Source: a virus (lineage: Duplodnaviria > Heunggongvirae > Uroviricota > Caudoviricetes). From it: 27,929 bases of DNA. Location of the stretch: the IMG/VR virus record IMGVR_UViG_2802429243_000001, one strand, 5' to 3'. The notes beneath the pieces were generated by a model. The model ran no database searches. It worked only from the letters and a program-made list of their open reading frames with translations, and was not told where the DNA came from. The position numbers and the translations under genes were made by a program. This document shows positions 9,020-23,052 of the stretch, piece by piece (position 1 is the stretch's first letter; each line of letters opens with the position of its first letter).

Positions 9020-11577
9020 CGTCCACCTCCGGAGAACAGACCACCATCGCGCATCTGCCCGGTCACAACATCCATTGCCGCCTTACGGGCTACGTCATAA
9101 ACCGCCTTCAGCGCCTGTGGCCCTATCTGACCGTTCGTGCCGTCGTTGTTAATCACCACATGGTTATTCTGCTCAAACTTCCCGGACGCCTGCGAGCGGC
9201 TGTCCGCCATGCTGCCCGGTGTACCGACATAACCGCCGGTGGCATAGCCGCGCATCAGCCGGTAGAGATTCCCCACGCCAATCCGGCTGGTTGCCTCCTT
9301 AGTGAAGACAAATTCACCACGGTGAACAATCCCCGCTGGCTCATATTTGCCGCCGGTTCCCGTAAATCCTCCGGTCGCAAAATGGAATTTCGCCGCAGCT
9401 GCCTGAATGGCTGTACCGCCTGACGCTGATGCGCCGCCACCAACAGCCCCGCCAATGGCGCTGCCGATACTCCCGACAATCCCCACCATTGCCTGCTTAA
9501 GCAGAATTTCTGTCATCATGGACAGCACGGAGCGGGTGAAGCTGCGCCAGTTCTGTTCACTGCCGGTCAGCATCGCCGCCATATTCTGCGCAATACCATC
9601 AAAGGTCTGCGTGGCTGCACTTTTAACCTGCGACATACTGTCCGTGGCGCTCTCTTCCCACTCACTCCAGCCGGACTTGAGGCCTGCCATCCAGCTCCCG
9701 CGAAGCTGGTCTTCAGCCGCCCAGGTCTTTTTCTGCTCTGACATGACGTTATTCAGCGCCAGCGAATTATCGCCATACTGTTCCTTCAGGCGCTGTTCTG
9801 TGGCTTCCCGCGCTGCCTGCCGGTCAGTAAGCCCCCGGTTTTTCGCCTCAATGGCTGCCCGTTTTGCCCGTTGTTGCTGTGCGAACTTATCCGCCTGCTG
9901 CGCCAGCGCATTCAGGTGCTCCTGATACGTGACCTTATCGCCAAGTACAGCCAGCTGGCGTTTGTACTCCAGCGTCTCATCTTTATGCGCCAGCAGGGAT
10001 TTCTCCTGTGCGGATAGCTGGCGACGTTGTGCCGCCTCCTCCAGTACCGCGAACTGATTTTCCGCCTTCCACAAATCCCGGCGCTGCTGGCTGATTTTCT
10101 CATTCGCTCCGGCATGCTTCTCCAGCGTCCGGAGTTCTGCCTGAAGCGTCAGCAGGGCAGCATGAGCACTGTCTTCCTGACGATCGCCCGCAGACACCTT
10201 CACGCCGGACTGTTTCGGCTTTTTCAGCGTCGCTTCATAATCCTTTTTCGCCGCCGCCATCAGCGTGTTGTAATCTGCCTGCAGGATTTTCCCGTCTTTC
10301 AGTGCCTTGTTCAGTTCTTCCTGACGGGCGGTATATTTCTCCAGCGGTGTCTGCAGCCGTTCGTAAGCCTTCTGCGCCTCTTCGGTATATTTCAGCCGTG
10401 ACGCTTCGGTATCGCTCTGCTGCTGCGCATTTTTGTCCTGTTGACTCTGCTGTTCAGCCTTCTTTCGGGCGGCTTTAAGCGCAAGACGGGCCTTTTCACG
10501 GTCATCCCAGTAACGCGCCCGCGCTTCATCGTTAACAAAATAATCATCCTTGCGCAGATTCCAGATGTCGTCCGCTTTCTTAAACGCAGCCTCTGCCTTA
10601 ATCAGCATCTCCTGAGCGGTATCAGGACGACCAATATCCAGCACCGCATCCCACATGGATTTGAATGCCCGTGCTGTCCTGTCTGCCCAGGTTTCCAGCG
10701 TGCCCATGTTCTCTTTCAGGCGTCGGGTCTGGTCATCAAACCCTTTCGTTGCGGCCTCGTTCGCCGCCTGCAATGCCCCGGCTTCATCGCCGGAACGCTG
10801 CAACTGAGCAACATACGCAATCTGTTCCGCCGTCACGTTATGGAACTGGCGTGCCATCGCCGTCAACCCCGACGTCGGGTCTGTGGTCAGCTTCCCGAAG
10901 GCTTCAGCGACCTTGTCCACCTCCACACCGGATGCAGAGGAGAAACGCGCCACACTCTGGCTGATGGACGCAATCTGAGCCTCACCGCTTACCCCCGCCT
11001 TAACCAGTGCGCTGAGTGACTCGCTGGTCTGGTTAAACGTCAGCCCTGCCGCCTGCCCGGCTCTGGACAGGACCAGAATACGATCTGCCGTCAGTCCCGC
11101 CTGATTGCCGGAAAGGACCAGCGTTTTGTTGAAATCGGACAGGGTTGAGTTGCCCTGATACCAGGCATACGCCAGCGCACCGGTCGCCACCGCCAGCGAG
11201 GTGGCCCCGACCATCGGCAGGGTGATCGCACCGGCAAGCCCCCTGAACATGGGGATCATCCCGCCGAAGGAGTCCTTAACCTGACCACCCTGTTGCAGCA
11301 GGATCAGCCACGGACTTTGCCCGCCTGCAAGCTGCGTGGCCACGTCGGTGAACTGTGCAGGAAGCATACGCATGGCGGCTTTATACTGTCCGACGGAAAT
11401 CCCCGCTTTCTGTGCAGCCAGCGCCTGTCGGCTCAGCGACTGTTCAACGACTGCCGCTGTTTTTTTCGCATCAGTTTCCGTACCGGAAAAATGACGCCTG
11501 ACTCTGGCCATCTGCTCGTCAAATCTGGCCGCATCCAGACTTAAATCAACGACCAGATCGCCTACCGGTTCAGCCAT
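9016..11577 (-). CDS. H: Tail tape measure protein H (853 aa)
   Basis: Same length as lambda gpH; coiled-coil-rich centre and Gly-rich C-terminus. Confidence 0.95.
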   Translation of the reverse strand: MAEPVGDLVVDLSLDAARFDEQMARVRRHFSGTETDAKKTAAVVEQSLSRQALAAQKAGISVGQYKAAMRMLPAQFTDVATQLAGGQSPWLILLQQGGQVKDSFGGMIPMFRGLAGAITLPMVGATSLAVATGALAYAWYQGNSTLSDFNKTLVLSGNQAGLTADRILVLSRAGQAAGLTFNQTSESLSALVKAGVSGEAQIASISQSVARFSSASGVEVDKVAEAFGKLTTDPTSGLTAMARQFHNVTAEQIAYVAQLQRSGDEAGALQAANEAATKGFDDQTRRLKENMGTLETWADRTARAFKSMWDAVLDIGRPDTAQEMLIKAEAAFKKADDIWNLRKDDYFVNDEARARYWDDREKARLALKAARKKAEQQSQQDKNAQQQSDTEASRLKYTEEAQKAYERLQTPLEKYTARQEELNKALKDGKILQADYNTLMAAAKKDYEATLKKPKQSGVKVSAGDRQEDSAHAALLTLQAELRTLEKHAGANEKISQQRRDLWKAENQFAVLEEAAQRRQLSAQEKSLLAHKDETLEYKRQLAVLGDKVTYQEHLNALAQQADKFAQQQRAKRAAIEAKNRGLTDRQAAREATEQRLKEQYGDNSLALNNVMSEQKKTWAAEDQLRGSWMAGLKSGWSEWEESATDSMSQVKSAATQTFDGIAQNMAAMLTGSEQNWRSFTRSVLSMMTEILLKQAMVGIVGSIGSAIGGAVGGGASASGGTAIQAAAAKFHFATGGFTGTGGKYEPAGIVHRGEFVFTKEATSRIGVGNLYRLMRGYATGGYVGTPGSMADSRSQASGKFEQNNHVVINNDGTNGQIGPQALKAVYDVARKAAMDVVTGQMRDGGLFSGGGR

Positions 11578-12010
11578 ACCGGACTCCTCCTGCGATCCCT
11601 TCTGATACTGTCATCAGCATTACGTCATCCTCCGTCATGTCCGCCACATCCGGGGAAGCGGGGATAACTTCATTCCCGTCCGGGCCAAAACGAACGCCTC
11701 CGGCAAGCCCTGCCGCTTTCTGCATCAGCACATCATCTTCAGGCTCTTCGTCAGCCTCGCGCCGGTTCAGCAGACTGAAATCCAGCGGATGCATATCCGG
11801 ATCGCTGAAAAACAGGCTGAGCACGGTGTACGTCAGCCCGGAAAAGTGCATATCCAGCAGAACATCATGAAAATAATGGGTACTGTAAAAGCGGTGCCAG
11901 TCGGCATACTCCGTGGATGACATCCCGGCAAGCATGGCACGCCAGTCGGGTCGCCCCATCTCACGCGCCAGTTTCAGGGCAAAACTCAGCTCACCGTCGA
12001 ACACTTTCCC
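11570..12010 (-). CDS. T: T-frame segment of the G-T tail assembly chaperone, expressed by -1 programmed frameshift from G
   Basis: ORF in the -1 frame relative to G begins over the slippery heptamer; 144 aa, the length of lambda gpT. Confidence 0.8.
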   Translation of the reverse strand, partial: GKVFDGELSFALKLAREMGRPDWRAMLAGMSSTEYADWHRFYSTHYFHDVLLDMHFSGLTYTVLSLFFSDPDMHPLDFSLLNRREADEEPEDDVLMQKAAGLAGGVRFGPDGNEVIPASPDVADMTEDDVMLMTVSEGIAGGVRYG

Positions 12011-12408
12011 GCAGAAACAGGCTCTGCAGGCCCGGCGTCCTCTGTCTGTTCAGGGGTATTATTCACAACAAACTCATACATACCAGACAGCCGGTACACC
12101 ACGTTTTCAGCATGAGAAATTGCCTCCGTGGGCCAGGTGGTAAGCACTTCCTGCTCAATCTGTTTAACGGCTTCATTCATGGACGGCATCTGCGTCTTCT
12201 GCGGATGGTTATGCCACAGGGACATCGCCACCAGAAACGCGCCGGTTCTGATGGCGTCTTCCACAGTAAACTTCCGGTTGCTGTCTGACTCCGCCTGTTC
12301 TGCCTGCCGTTTCATCAGGGCGAGATGCTCAATACGCTGCAGGGCTGACAGTTCAGAAAGCGTGACGGTCACACCGTTATGTTCAAATGATTCGGTTTTC
12401 AGGAACAT
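11986..12408 (-). CDS. G: Tail assembly chaperone G (140 aa)
   Basis: Length and synteny of lambda gpG; ends just after the slippery site. Confidence 0.9.
   Translation of the reverse strand: MFLKTESFEHNGVTVTLSELSALQRIEHLALMKRQAEQAESDSNRKFTVEDAIRTGAFLVAMSLWHNHPQKTQMPSMNEAVKQIEQEVLTTWPTEAISHAENVVYRLSGMYEFVVNNTPEQTEDAGPAEPVSAGKCSTVS
12004..12010 (-). other. Programmed -1 ribosomal frameshift slippery site GGGAAAG (G to G-T)
   Basis: Minus-strand GGGAAAG lies just before the G stop codon at 11986-11988; this is the canonical lambda G/GT site. Confidence 0.75.
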
Positions 12409-12423
12409 CTCTGACTCTCCGGA

Positions 12424-13164
12424 TTAACTGGCGGTGACGGTGATTTCTGCAACCGCAGCAAACTCACCATTACCGGATACGACCGGAATGTTGACCTTAC
12501 CTGCAGCAACGCCATTCACGGTGATGGTCATACCACTGACCGACACGGTGGCTTTTGTTTTATCCGCTGACACCGCACGGAAGCTCTTGTCGGTTGCGCC
12601 TTCCGGCTGGAATGCCACGGTCAGCGTGGTGCTCTTCCCTTTCACTACGGAAGCGCTGGCTGGCGTCACGGTCATACCGGTTGCCGCTGTTACCGTGCTG
12701 CGATCTTCTGCCATCGACGGACGTCCCACATTGGTGACTTTCACCGTACGGGTGATCACTTCCTTCGCCGTCACCGCCTTACCGATACTGCTGACCCAGC
12801 CACGGAACACATCGACCGTGCCGTTCGGGAAGCGGATTTTATAGGCACGGGTATCGCCTTCATTAAACCACGCCAGCAGCGCCTGCTGCCCCTGCTCTCC
12901 GGGCATCCACGCCAGCGTGAAGCTGGTATCTCCGGCAGATTTCTGCCCCTGCCCGGTCGCGGTCCAGTCTGCATCTTCATCATCGAGATAGCTGTCGTCA
13001 TAGGACTCAGCGGTCAGTTCGCCGGGCGTCAGGTCTTTAACTTTAGCCAGACGCGACCAGTCAACGTCTGAAAGCGGGTTCGCATAAGGGTCACCGTTCC
13101 CCTTATAAACCCACAGGGTGGTCCCGGCCCCTTTCACCGGTATTGCTGGATTTGGTACAGGCAT
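12424..13164 (-). CDS. V: Major tail tube protein V (246 aa)
   Basis: Sequence from [22 protein letters not shown] matches lambda gpV as recalled; ATG at 13164. The ORF track is over-extended to 13194. Confidence 0.9.
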   Translation of the reverse strand: MPVPNPAIPVKGAGTTLWVYKGNGDPYANPLSDVDWSRLAKVKDLTPGELTAESYDDSYLDDEDADWTATGQGQKSAGDTSFTLAWMPGEQGQQALLAWFNEGDTRAYKIRFPNGTVDVFRGWVSSIGKAVTAKEVITRTVKVTNVGRPSMAEDRSTVTAATGMTVTPASASVVKGKSTTLTVAFQPEGATDKSFRAVSADKTKATVSVSGMTITVNGVAAGKVNIPVVSGNGEFAAVAEITVTAS

Positions 13165-13171
13165 ATCGTCC

Positions 13172-13567
13172 TCACATTTCATAGGTAATGACATAAGTCA
13201 TATCGGCTGAACTCCACAGGCCCGCATCATCGTCGCGCCGGTAGTCATAGCCGCTGGCCACCATACTGGTGATCAAATCTGACAGTGCCGGGATATCACT
13301 CATCACCGGATAAATCCGGGACTCCATCCACGCATCCAGCTCTGAATCCGGCACCTGAGCAGGCAGGAAAACTTCGATATGCAGCTCCGCCTGCCAGGTA
13401 TCGCTGTCCAGCTCTTCGCCCGTGTATTCAGCGCCGGTGAGATAAACGGCAACTGCCGGAAAATCCGCCTCATCAAAAACAGCGGGGCGACCATCAAAAA
13501 ACGTCGCCCCGGTGTCATGCTTCTCCAGTGCATCCAGTACGGCTGCACGGAGTTCAGTATGTTTCAT
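13172..13567 (-). CDS. U: Tail terminator protein U (131 aa)
   Basis: Length and synteny of lambda gpU. Confidence 0.9.
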   Translation of the reverse strand: MKHTELRAAVLDALEKHDTGATFFDGRPAVFDEADFPAVAVYLTGAEYTGEELDSDTWQAELHIEVFLPAQVPDSELDAWMESRIYPVMSDIPALSDLITSMVASGYDYRRDDDAGLWSSADMTYVITYEM

Positions 13568-14142
13568 CGCTTTATTACCATTCTCAGTTGATGCTGCAGC
13601 GCATAGCCCAGCTCTTTCGGAAGACGTTCACGCCGTATCCGTTCAATATTCTGTTTAAACGCCGTGGTCAGCGGCACCGCCATCGGGATTTTCACTACAT
13701 CAATGGGGTAACGGTTTTTCCCGGCCACACGCTGCATAACATGCCACCGGCCGTTTTTCAGTTGCTGAATAAACGCGCCGGGAATACGACGGTTTCCCAC
13801 CACAAGCACGCTGCCGCCACCTTTCAGGGCTGAACGCTGCCCCTTTTTACGACGCCTGCGTCGGGACAGGACAACCCGCGCGTTACCCAGCTTGATTACG
13901 GGCAAATCCCCCCGGTTAACTTTGATTCTGGCCTGCGGATTTTTGACCGTGGCCCTTTTCAGCCTGGCCCTTTCCTTTACCAGTTTCCGGCGCACCTTTG
14001 TCTCACGGGCAACCTGTGACGCCGACTGCGATATCGCGGATGAAGCAACGCGGTTAATGGCCATTGCGGCGGCACCAGGCACCGCCGTTTTGCTGATACG
14101 GCTGAGGTTTTCAACGGCCTGCTCAAGACCTTTTATGGCCAT
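13564..14142 (-). CDS. Z: Tail completion protein Z (192 aa)
   Basis: Length and synteny of lambda gpZ; basic RRRRRKKG patch. Confidence 0.9.
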   Translation of the reverse strand: MAIKGLEQAVENLSRISKTAVPGAAAMAINRVASSAISQSASQVARETKVRRKLVKERARLKRATVKNPQARIKVNRGDLPVIKLGNARVVLSRRRRRKKGQRSALKGGGSVLVVGNRRIPGAFIQQLKNGRWHVMQRVAGKNRYPIDVVKIPMAVPLTTAFKQNIERIRRERLPKELGYALQHQLRMVIKR

Positions 14143-14153
14143 ACATCCCCCTT

Positions 14154-14507
14154 TCAGCGGCGACGGTTAACGGCAGGCGGTACCCCCCGCCCAAGCCAGA
14201 GATGACAGCTTCCGCCATCATCCGGCGTAACCCGATCTACCCAGAAGTTTTCCTCACCGATGGTCAGCGTGTCTCCACGCCGCAGTTGCCGCACATCATC
14301 AGTCCGGACAAACAGGGACGGGCTGGAGCCTTCAACGCGCACGCCCTGTCCGGCATAGCTGATATTTTCAGGGTCATCAAAAACACCACGTATTACTGCG
14401 CCGGACTGCTCACCGGATGTCATGGTGGCTGACGTTCCCATGTACCCGCGTATCGTTTCATCGGCGCGGGCAATGGCAGCATCGAACAGGTTATCGAAAT
14501 CAGCCAC
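14154..14507 (-). CDS. FII: Head-tail joining protein FII (117 aa)
   Basis: Length and synteny of lambda gpFII. Confidence 0.9.
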   Translation of the reverse strand: MADFDNLFDAAIARADETIRGYMGTSATMTSGEQSGAVIRGVFDDPENISYAGQGVRVEGSSPSLFVRTDDVRQLRRGDTLTIGEENFWVDRVTPDDGGSCHLWLGRGVPPAVNRRR

Positions 14508-14518
14508 AGCGCCTCCCG

Positions 14519-14914
14519 TTATTGCATTCTGGCCAGGCCACGTTCTGTCATTTCGGCTGCCACAACGACAGAGACACGAAACGCCGTTCCCGGCAGCACA
14601 AATGCCACAGCCTCATCCCGCGTGGCGTGAAGTGCATCAGTATGCAGCGTCACCAGTGCCACAACCGTGACCAGATCAGCCGTATCAGTCACGGTATCCG
14701 GCTGCGCTGATACAACCTCATTTTCATGTCCGGTCAGCACATTTTCCGGGCTGAGAGGGGTATCCTGACCGGCAGTGTCGCCCGTGTCATCAAGCTCTTC
14801 TTCCAGCTCTGCCACACGGAGCGCCAGTTCTTCTTTCGTCCCCGTCAGGCTGACATCACGGTTCAGTTGCTCACCCAGCGACCGGAGACGGGCAATCAGT
14901 TCATCTTTCGTCAT
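14519..14914 (-). CDS. FI: DNA packaging protein FI
   Basis: Starts MTKDELIARLRSLGEQLNRDV at the ATG at 14914 with a GGAGGAG RBS; the ORF track is over-extended to 14953. Confidence 0.85.
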   Translation of the reverse strand: MTKDELIARLRSLGEQLNRDVSLTGTKEELALRVAELEEELDDTGDTAGQDTPLSPENVLTGHENEVVSAQPDTVTDTADLVTVVALVTLHTDALHATRDEAVAFVLPGTAFRVSVVVAAEMTERGLARMQ

Positions 14915-14955
14915 GGACTCCTCCACAGAGAGAAAATGGCCCCGAAGGGCCATGA

Positions 14956-15981
14956 TTACGCCAGTTGTACGGACACGAACGCATCAGGGTCAGCCAGCAG
15001 CATCAGCGGTGCTGACTGAATCATGGTGAACTCACGCGCCGGATCGCCGGTGGTCACCCAGTTTTTCGGGTAGCGGGCAGAGGCGTTAATACCTTCGCGC
15101 TGTGCGTCCGCATCCTGAATGCAGCCATAGGTGCGCAGACCGCGTGCCTGAGTGTTCCCCAGCACCATCGTGTTGTCCGGAAGGAAGTTCTTTTTGACGT
15201 CGTTTTCCACGTACTGTCCGGAATACACGACGATCGCCGTATCGCCATACATCCCCTTATAGGACACCGCTTCGCCCAGGTCTTTTACCGCTGTCTCCAG
15301 CTCGGAATTAGAGCCGCGACGGGTATCCAGCTTCTCCTTGACGGCTTTGAAGGAACGGAACAGCGCCCAGCCTTTCGGATCAAACACGATGATATTCACC
15401 ACACCGCTGGCGTTCAGCGCGTAGGCTTCGATATCGTCGGTCGGGTCATACGTGGACTTGTCACGCTTGCTCCACTCCGTACCGCCGGACTGCGTGATGT
15501 TATTTGCCTCACTGCGCCCCATATCCACTTCAACCGGATCGAAGGCTTCACCGGTCATGGTGTATTTGCCCTTAAGCACGGCAGAAACTGCCTGCATCTC
15601 TTCGACCTGAGCAATGGCCAGCTCTTCGTCTCGCATGTTCTGCAGGATGATGCGACGGCGGCGGTAAGCCGGGTCCGCCAGATTCTGTGGATCTTCATCC
15701 GGCAGGCGACGCAGGGTCATCTGCGGATTCACCTCATGCTTGGGCTTGACATATCCCGGTGTAAATTCAGAGGTGGAGCCGCCACGGGAGCGGATAACCT
15801 CACCGGAAACAATCGGCGAAACGTACAGCGCCATGTTTACCAGTCCCGGAATTTGTGAGAGATAGACTTTCTCCGTGGTGAAGGGATAGCTCTCACGGAA
15901 AAAGAGACGCAGAAACAGCGGATCAAACTTAAATTTCTTCTCATTTGCCGCCAGCAGCTGGGCGGTTGTGTACATCGACAT
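14956..15981 (-). CDS. E: Major capsid protein E (341 aa)
   Basis: Starts MSMYTTAQLLAANE at the ATG at 15981; matches lambda gpE as recalled. The ORF track is over-extended by 9 codons. Confidence 0.95.
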   Translation of the reverse strand: MSMYTTAQLLAANEKKFKFDPLFLRLFFRESYPFTTEKVYLSQIPGLVNMALYVSPIVSGEVIRSRGGSTSEFTPGYVKPKHEVNPQMTLRRLPDEDPQNLADPAYRRRRIILQNMRDEELAIAQVEEMQAVSAVLKGKYTMTGEAFDPVEVDMGRSEANNITQSGGTEWSKRDKSTYDPTDDIEAYALNASGVVNIIVFDPKGWALFRSFKAVKEKLDTRRGSNSELETAVKDLGEAVSYKGMYGDTAIVVYSGQYVENDVKKNFLPDNTMVLGNTQARGLRTYGCIQDADAQREGINASARYPKNWVTTGDPAREFTMIQSAPLMLLADPDAFVSVQLA

Positions 15982-16036
15982 AAAAAAATCCCGTAAAAAA
16001 AGCCGCACAGGCGGCCTTTAGTGATGAAGGGTAAGG

Positions 16037-16369
16037 TTAAACGATGCTGATTGCCGTTCCGGCAAACGCGGTCCGTTTTTTCGTCTCGTCGCTGGCAGCC
16101 TCCGGCCAGAGCACATCCTCATAACGGAACGTGCCGGACTTGTAGAACGTCAGTGTGGTGCTGGTCTGGTCAGCAGCAACTGCAAGAATGCCAACGGCAG
16201 CACCGTCGGTGGTGCCATCCCACGCAACCAGCTTACGGGTGGAGGTGTCCAGCATCAGCGGGGTCATTGCAGGCGCTTTCGCACTCAATCCGCCGGGCGC
16301 GGTTGCGGTATGAGCCGGGTCACTGTTGCCCAGCGGCTGGTAATGGGTAAAGGTTTCTTTGCTCGTCAT
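16037..16369 (-). CDS. D: Head decoration protein D (110 aa)
   Basis: [12 protein letters not shown]... matches lambda gpD as recalled; ATG at 16369. Confidence 0.9.
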   Translation of the reverse strand: MTSKETFTHYQPLGNSDPAHTATAPGGLSAKAPAMTPLMLDTSTRKLVAWDGTTDGAAVGILAVAADQTSTTLTFYKSGTFRYEDVLWPEAASDETKKRTAFAGTAISIV

Positions 16370-16378
16370 AAACATCCC

Positions 16379-17678
16379 TTACACTGGTGTGTTCAGCAAA
16401 TCGTTAACGGCATCAGATGCCGGGTTACCTGCAGCCAGCGGTGCCGGTGCCCCCTGCATCAGACGATCCAGCGCAGTGTCACTGCGCGCCTGTGCACTCT
16501 GTGGTGCTGCGGCCAGAATGCGGCGGGCCGTTTCCACGGTCATACCGGGGGTTTCTGCCAGCACGCGGGCCTGTTCTTCGCGTCCGTGAGCCTCCTCACA
16601 GTTGAGGATCCCCATAATGCGGCTGTTTTCTGCCGCAACCGCAGCGGTGATCTGCGCGTTCACGTCCGGCTGCGCCGCGCTGGCGTTTTCGCCCTCCGTC
16701 GCTGGCACCACGTCAGTAACGTCAGCCTGCGAAGCAGTGGCTGAAACAGTTGTTGATTGAGTCTCTTTGGTCATTCGCCCTCCTGAGAGACGGGATTTAC
16801 GCGCATCCAGTGCATCACGCATGACGGTGATCGCATCGGTGCTGTTAACAAGTTCATCAGCCAGTCCGGCATCAATGGCCTCCTGACCGCTGTACACTGC
16901 AGCCTCGGTATCCAGCACAGCCTGCACAGACAGGCCGGTATATGCCGACACCTTCTGCGCAAACATCTGGCGGGTTGCGTCCATCCGGGACTGCAGTGTC
17001 TCCCGGACGTCATCCGGAAGATGGCTGTAGGGATTGCCATCCACCTTATGGCTGCCGCTGTAAATCAGCGTGATTTCCACACCCTGTTTCTCCAGGGCAG
17101 CACCGTAATTACTGTGAGCCATCATGACGCCGATGGAGCCTGTCCGGGCGGTCTGCGTGACCAGACGCCGGGAGGCGGCGCTGGCAAGCAGCTGACCTGC
17201 ACTGCAGTTCATGTCGTTGGCAAGCGCCCATACCGGTTTTATGTCACGCACACGGGCGATGATGTCAGCGCAGTCAAATGCCCCCGCCACCATTCCGCCT
17301 GGCGTGTCCATATCGAGCAGAATGCCGTCCACCATCGGGTCGCTGGCAGCCTGTTGCAGACGGGCGATAATGCCGTTGTAACCGGTCATCCCCGAGTACG
17401 GCTGCAGCGCCCGCGTCCGGCTGACCAGCGTGCCGGACACCGGCAGCACGGCGATGCCGTTCATGACCTGATAACTGCGGGCCTGTCGTGGTCCGTCATC
17501 ATCACCGGATAATGCCAGCGTCGCGAGTGCCTCCTGGGCAGTCAGGCTGTCGCCGGACACCGCATCCGTCAGGCGGCTGATCCCAAGCTGGCCTGCAAGC
17601 GCACAAAAGAAAACCCGCGCATAGGCGGGTTCAAGCATCAGCGGCTCATTAAAGGCCATGCTGGCAATATGCGGGAGA

Positions 17679-17698
<20 letters not shown>
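16379..17698 (-). CDS. C: Head protease/scaffold C (S49 peptidase family, 439 aa), with scaffold Nu3 nested in-frame in its 3' part
   Basis: GTG at 17698 gives VTAELRNLPHIASMAF...; the length equals lambda gpC. Overlaps the B 3' end as in lambda. Confidence 0.9.
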
Positions 17699-21379
<3,681 letters not shown>

Positions 21380-21405
<26 letters not shown>

Positions 21406-21925
21406 TCAGCAACCCCGGTATCAGTTCATCCAGCGCGGCTGCTTTGTTCATGGCTTTGATGATATCCCGTTTCAGGAAATCAACATGTCGGTTTTCCAGT
21501 TCCGGAAAACGCCGCTGCACCGACAGGGGGATCCCGTCGAGAATACTGGCAATTTCACCTGCGATCCGCGACAGCACGAAAGTACAGAATGCGGTTTCCA
21601 CCACTTCAGCGGAGTCTCTGGCATTTTTCAGCTCCTGTGCGTCGGCCTGCGCACGCGTAAGTCGATGGCGTTCGTACTCAATAGTCCCTGGCTGCAGATC
21701 TGTCTCGCTGGCCTGCCGCAGTTCTTCAACCTCCCGGCGCAGCTTTTCGTTCTCAATTTCAGCATCCCTTTCGGCATACCATTTTATGACGGCGGCAGAG
21801 TCATAAAGCACCTCATTACCCTTCCCGCCACCTCGCAGAACGGGCATTCCCTGCTCCTGCCAGTTCTGAATGGTACGGATGCTCGCACCGAAAATGTCAG
21901 CCAGCTGCTTTTTGTTGACTTCCAT
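21380..21925 (-). CDS. Nu1: Terminase small subunit Nu1 (181 aa)
   Basis: MEVNKKQLADIFGASIRTIQNWQEQGMPVLRGGGKGNEVLYD... is essentially lambda gpNu1 as recalled. Confidence 0.95.
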
Positions 21926-22102
21926 TGTTCATTCCACGGACAAAAACAGAGAAAGGAAACGACAGAGGCCCAAAAGTTCGTTTTCAGCACCTGTCGTTTC
22001 CTTTCTTTTCAGGGGGTATTTTAAATAAAAACATTAAGTTACGACGAAGAAGAACGGAAACGCCTTAAACCGGAAAATTTTCATAAATAGCGAAAACCCG
22101 CG
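21926..22102 (-). promoter_or_regulatory. cosB region (terminase-binding R sites and IHF site) between cosN and Nu1
   Basis: Minus-strand sequence from 22114 downward reads GGGCGGCGACCTCGCGGGTTTTCGCTATTTATGAAAATTTTCCGGTTTAAGGCG..., the lambda left end. Confidence 0.8.
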
Positions 22103-22114
22103 AGGTCGCCGCCC
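22103..22114 (-). promoter_or_regulatory. cosN: 12-nt cohesive-end sequence (GGGCGGCGACCT on the minus strand); mature genome ends here
   Basis: Plus strand AGGTCGCCGCCC at 22103-22114; the flanking minus-strand CGATCCGACAGGTTACG matches the lambda right end as recalled. Confidence 0.85.
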
Positions 22115-22313
22115 CGTAACCTGTCGGATCGCCGGAAAGGACCCGCAAAATGATAATAATTATCATCTACATGTCACAACGTGCATCTACGCCATCAAAC
22201 CACGTCAAATAATCAATTATGACGCAGGTATCGTATTAATTGATCTGCATCAACTTAACGTAAAAACAACTTCAGACAATACAAATCAGCGACACTGAAT
22301 ACAGGGCAACCTC

Positions 22314-22547
22314 ATGTCAACGAAGAACAGAACCCGCAGAACAACAACCCGCAACATCCGCTTTCCTAACCAAATGATTGAACAAATTAACATCGCTCTT
22401 GTTCAAAAAGGGTCCGGGAATTTCTCAGCCTGGGTCATTGAAGCCTGCCGCCGGAGACTGTGCTCAGAAAAAAGAGTTTCGCCTGAAGCAAACAAAGAAA
22501 AGAGTGACATTACTGAATTGCTCAGAAAACAGGTCAGACCAGATTGA
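22314..22547 (+). CDS. Small ribbon-helix-helix-like DNA-binding protein (77 aa), AT-rich accessory gene
   Basis: Basic N-terminus (RTRRTTTRNIRF), then two short helices separated by KGSG (NQMIEQINIALVQ / NFSAWVIEACRRRL), typical RHH topology. Opposite strand to the late genes. Confidence 0.55.
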   Translation: MSTKNRTRRTTTRNIRFPNQMIEQINIALVQKGSGNFSAWVIEACRRRLCSEKRVSPEANKEKSDITELLRKQVRPD

Positions 22548-22604
22548 AGCAATTTAGATAATCGTGCAGACTACGCCCCATCATATCACATGGAAGGTAC
22601 TACA

Positions 22605-23015
22605 ATGGCTCAGGTTGCCATTTTTAAACAAATATTCGATAAAGTGCGAAATAATTTAAACTATCACTGGTTTTATTCTGAACTAAAACGTCACAATGTC
22701 TCACATTACATTTACTATTTAGCCACAGAGAATATTCATCTTGTTCTTGAAAACGATAATACGGTTTTAATAAAAGGACAGGGTAAGGTTGTAAATGTAA
22801 GATTTTCAAAAAATAAATGCCTTATAGAAGCCACCTTAAAAGGATTCAAATCAGGAGAGTTATCATTTTACGAATACAGGAAAAATCTTGCTACAGCAGG
22901 GGTTTTCAGATGGATTACAAATATCCACGAAAACAAAAGGTATTACTATACCTTTGATAATTCATTACTATTTACTGAGAACATTCAGAACACTACACAA
23001 ATATTTCCGCACTAA
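22605..23015 (+). CDS. DUF1398 / YbcV-like protein (136 aa), AT-rich accessory gene
   Basis: ATG at 22605 with GGAAGG 7 nt upstream; length and position match YbcV of DLP12 (the lambda putative envelope protein) as recalled. The ORF track start at 22590 has no RBS. Confidence 0.55.
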   Translation: MAQVAIFKQIFDKVRNNLNYHWFYSELKRHNVSHYIYYLATENIHLVLENDNTVLIKGQGKVVNVRFSKNKCLIEATLKGFKSGELSFYEYRKNLATAGVFRWITNIHENKRYYYTFDNSLLFTENIQNTTQIFPH

Positions 23016-23023
23016 ATCATAAC

Positions 23024-23052
23024 GTCCGGTTTCTTCCGCGCCAGAACCGGAC
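23024..23052. terminator. Inverted repeat GTCCGGTT-13 nt-AACCGGAC directly after the YbcV-like stop; possible terminator
   Basis: Perfect 8-bp stem seen in the sequence; no clean U-tract. Confidence 0.35.

Noticed and set aside
8136-11019. Multiple plus-strand ORFs of 120-220 aa antisense to L, M and H
   Set aside because: They are antisense to well-supported lambda tail genes and have biased low-complexity composition typical of GC-rich antisense frames.
22150-22310. Possible tRNA or integrase attachment site in the AT-rich segment right of cos
   Set aside because: No cloverleaf-compatible sequence or conserved tRNA motifs (GTTC, T-loop) seen by eye; in lambda this is the cosQ-proximal right end.
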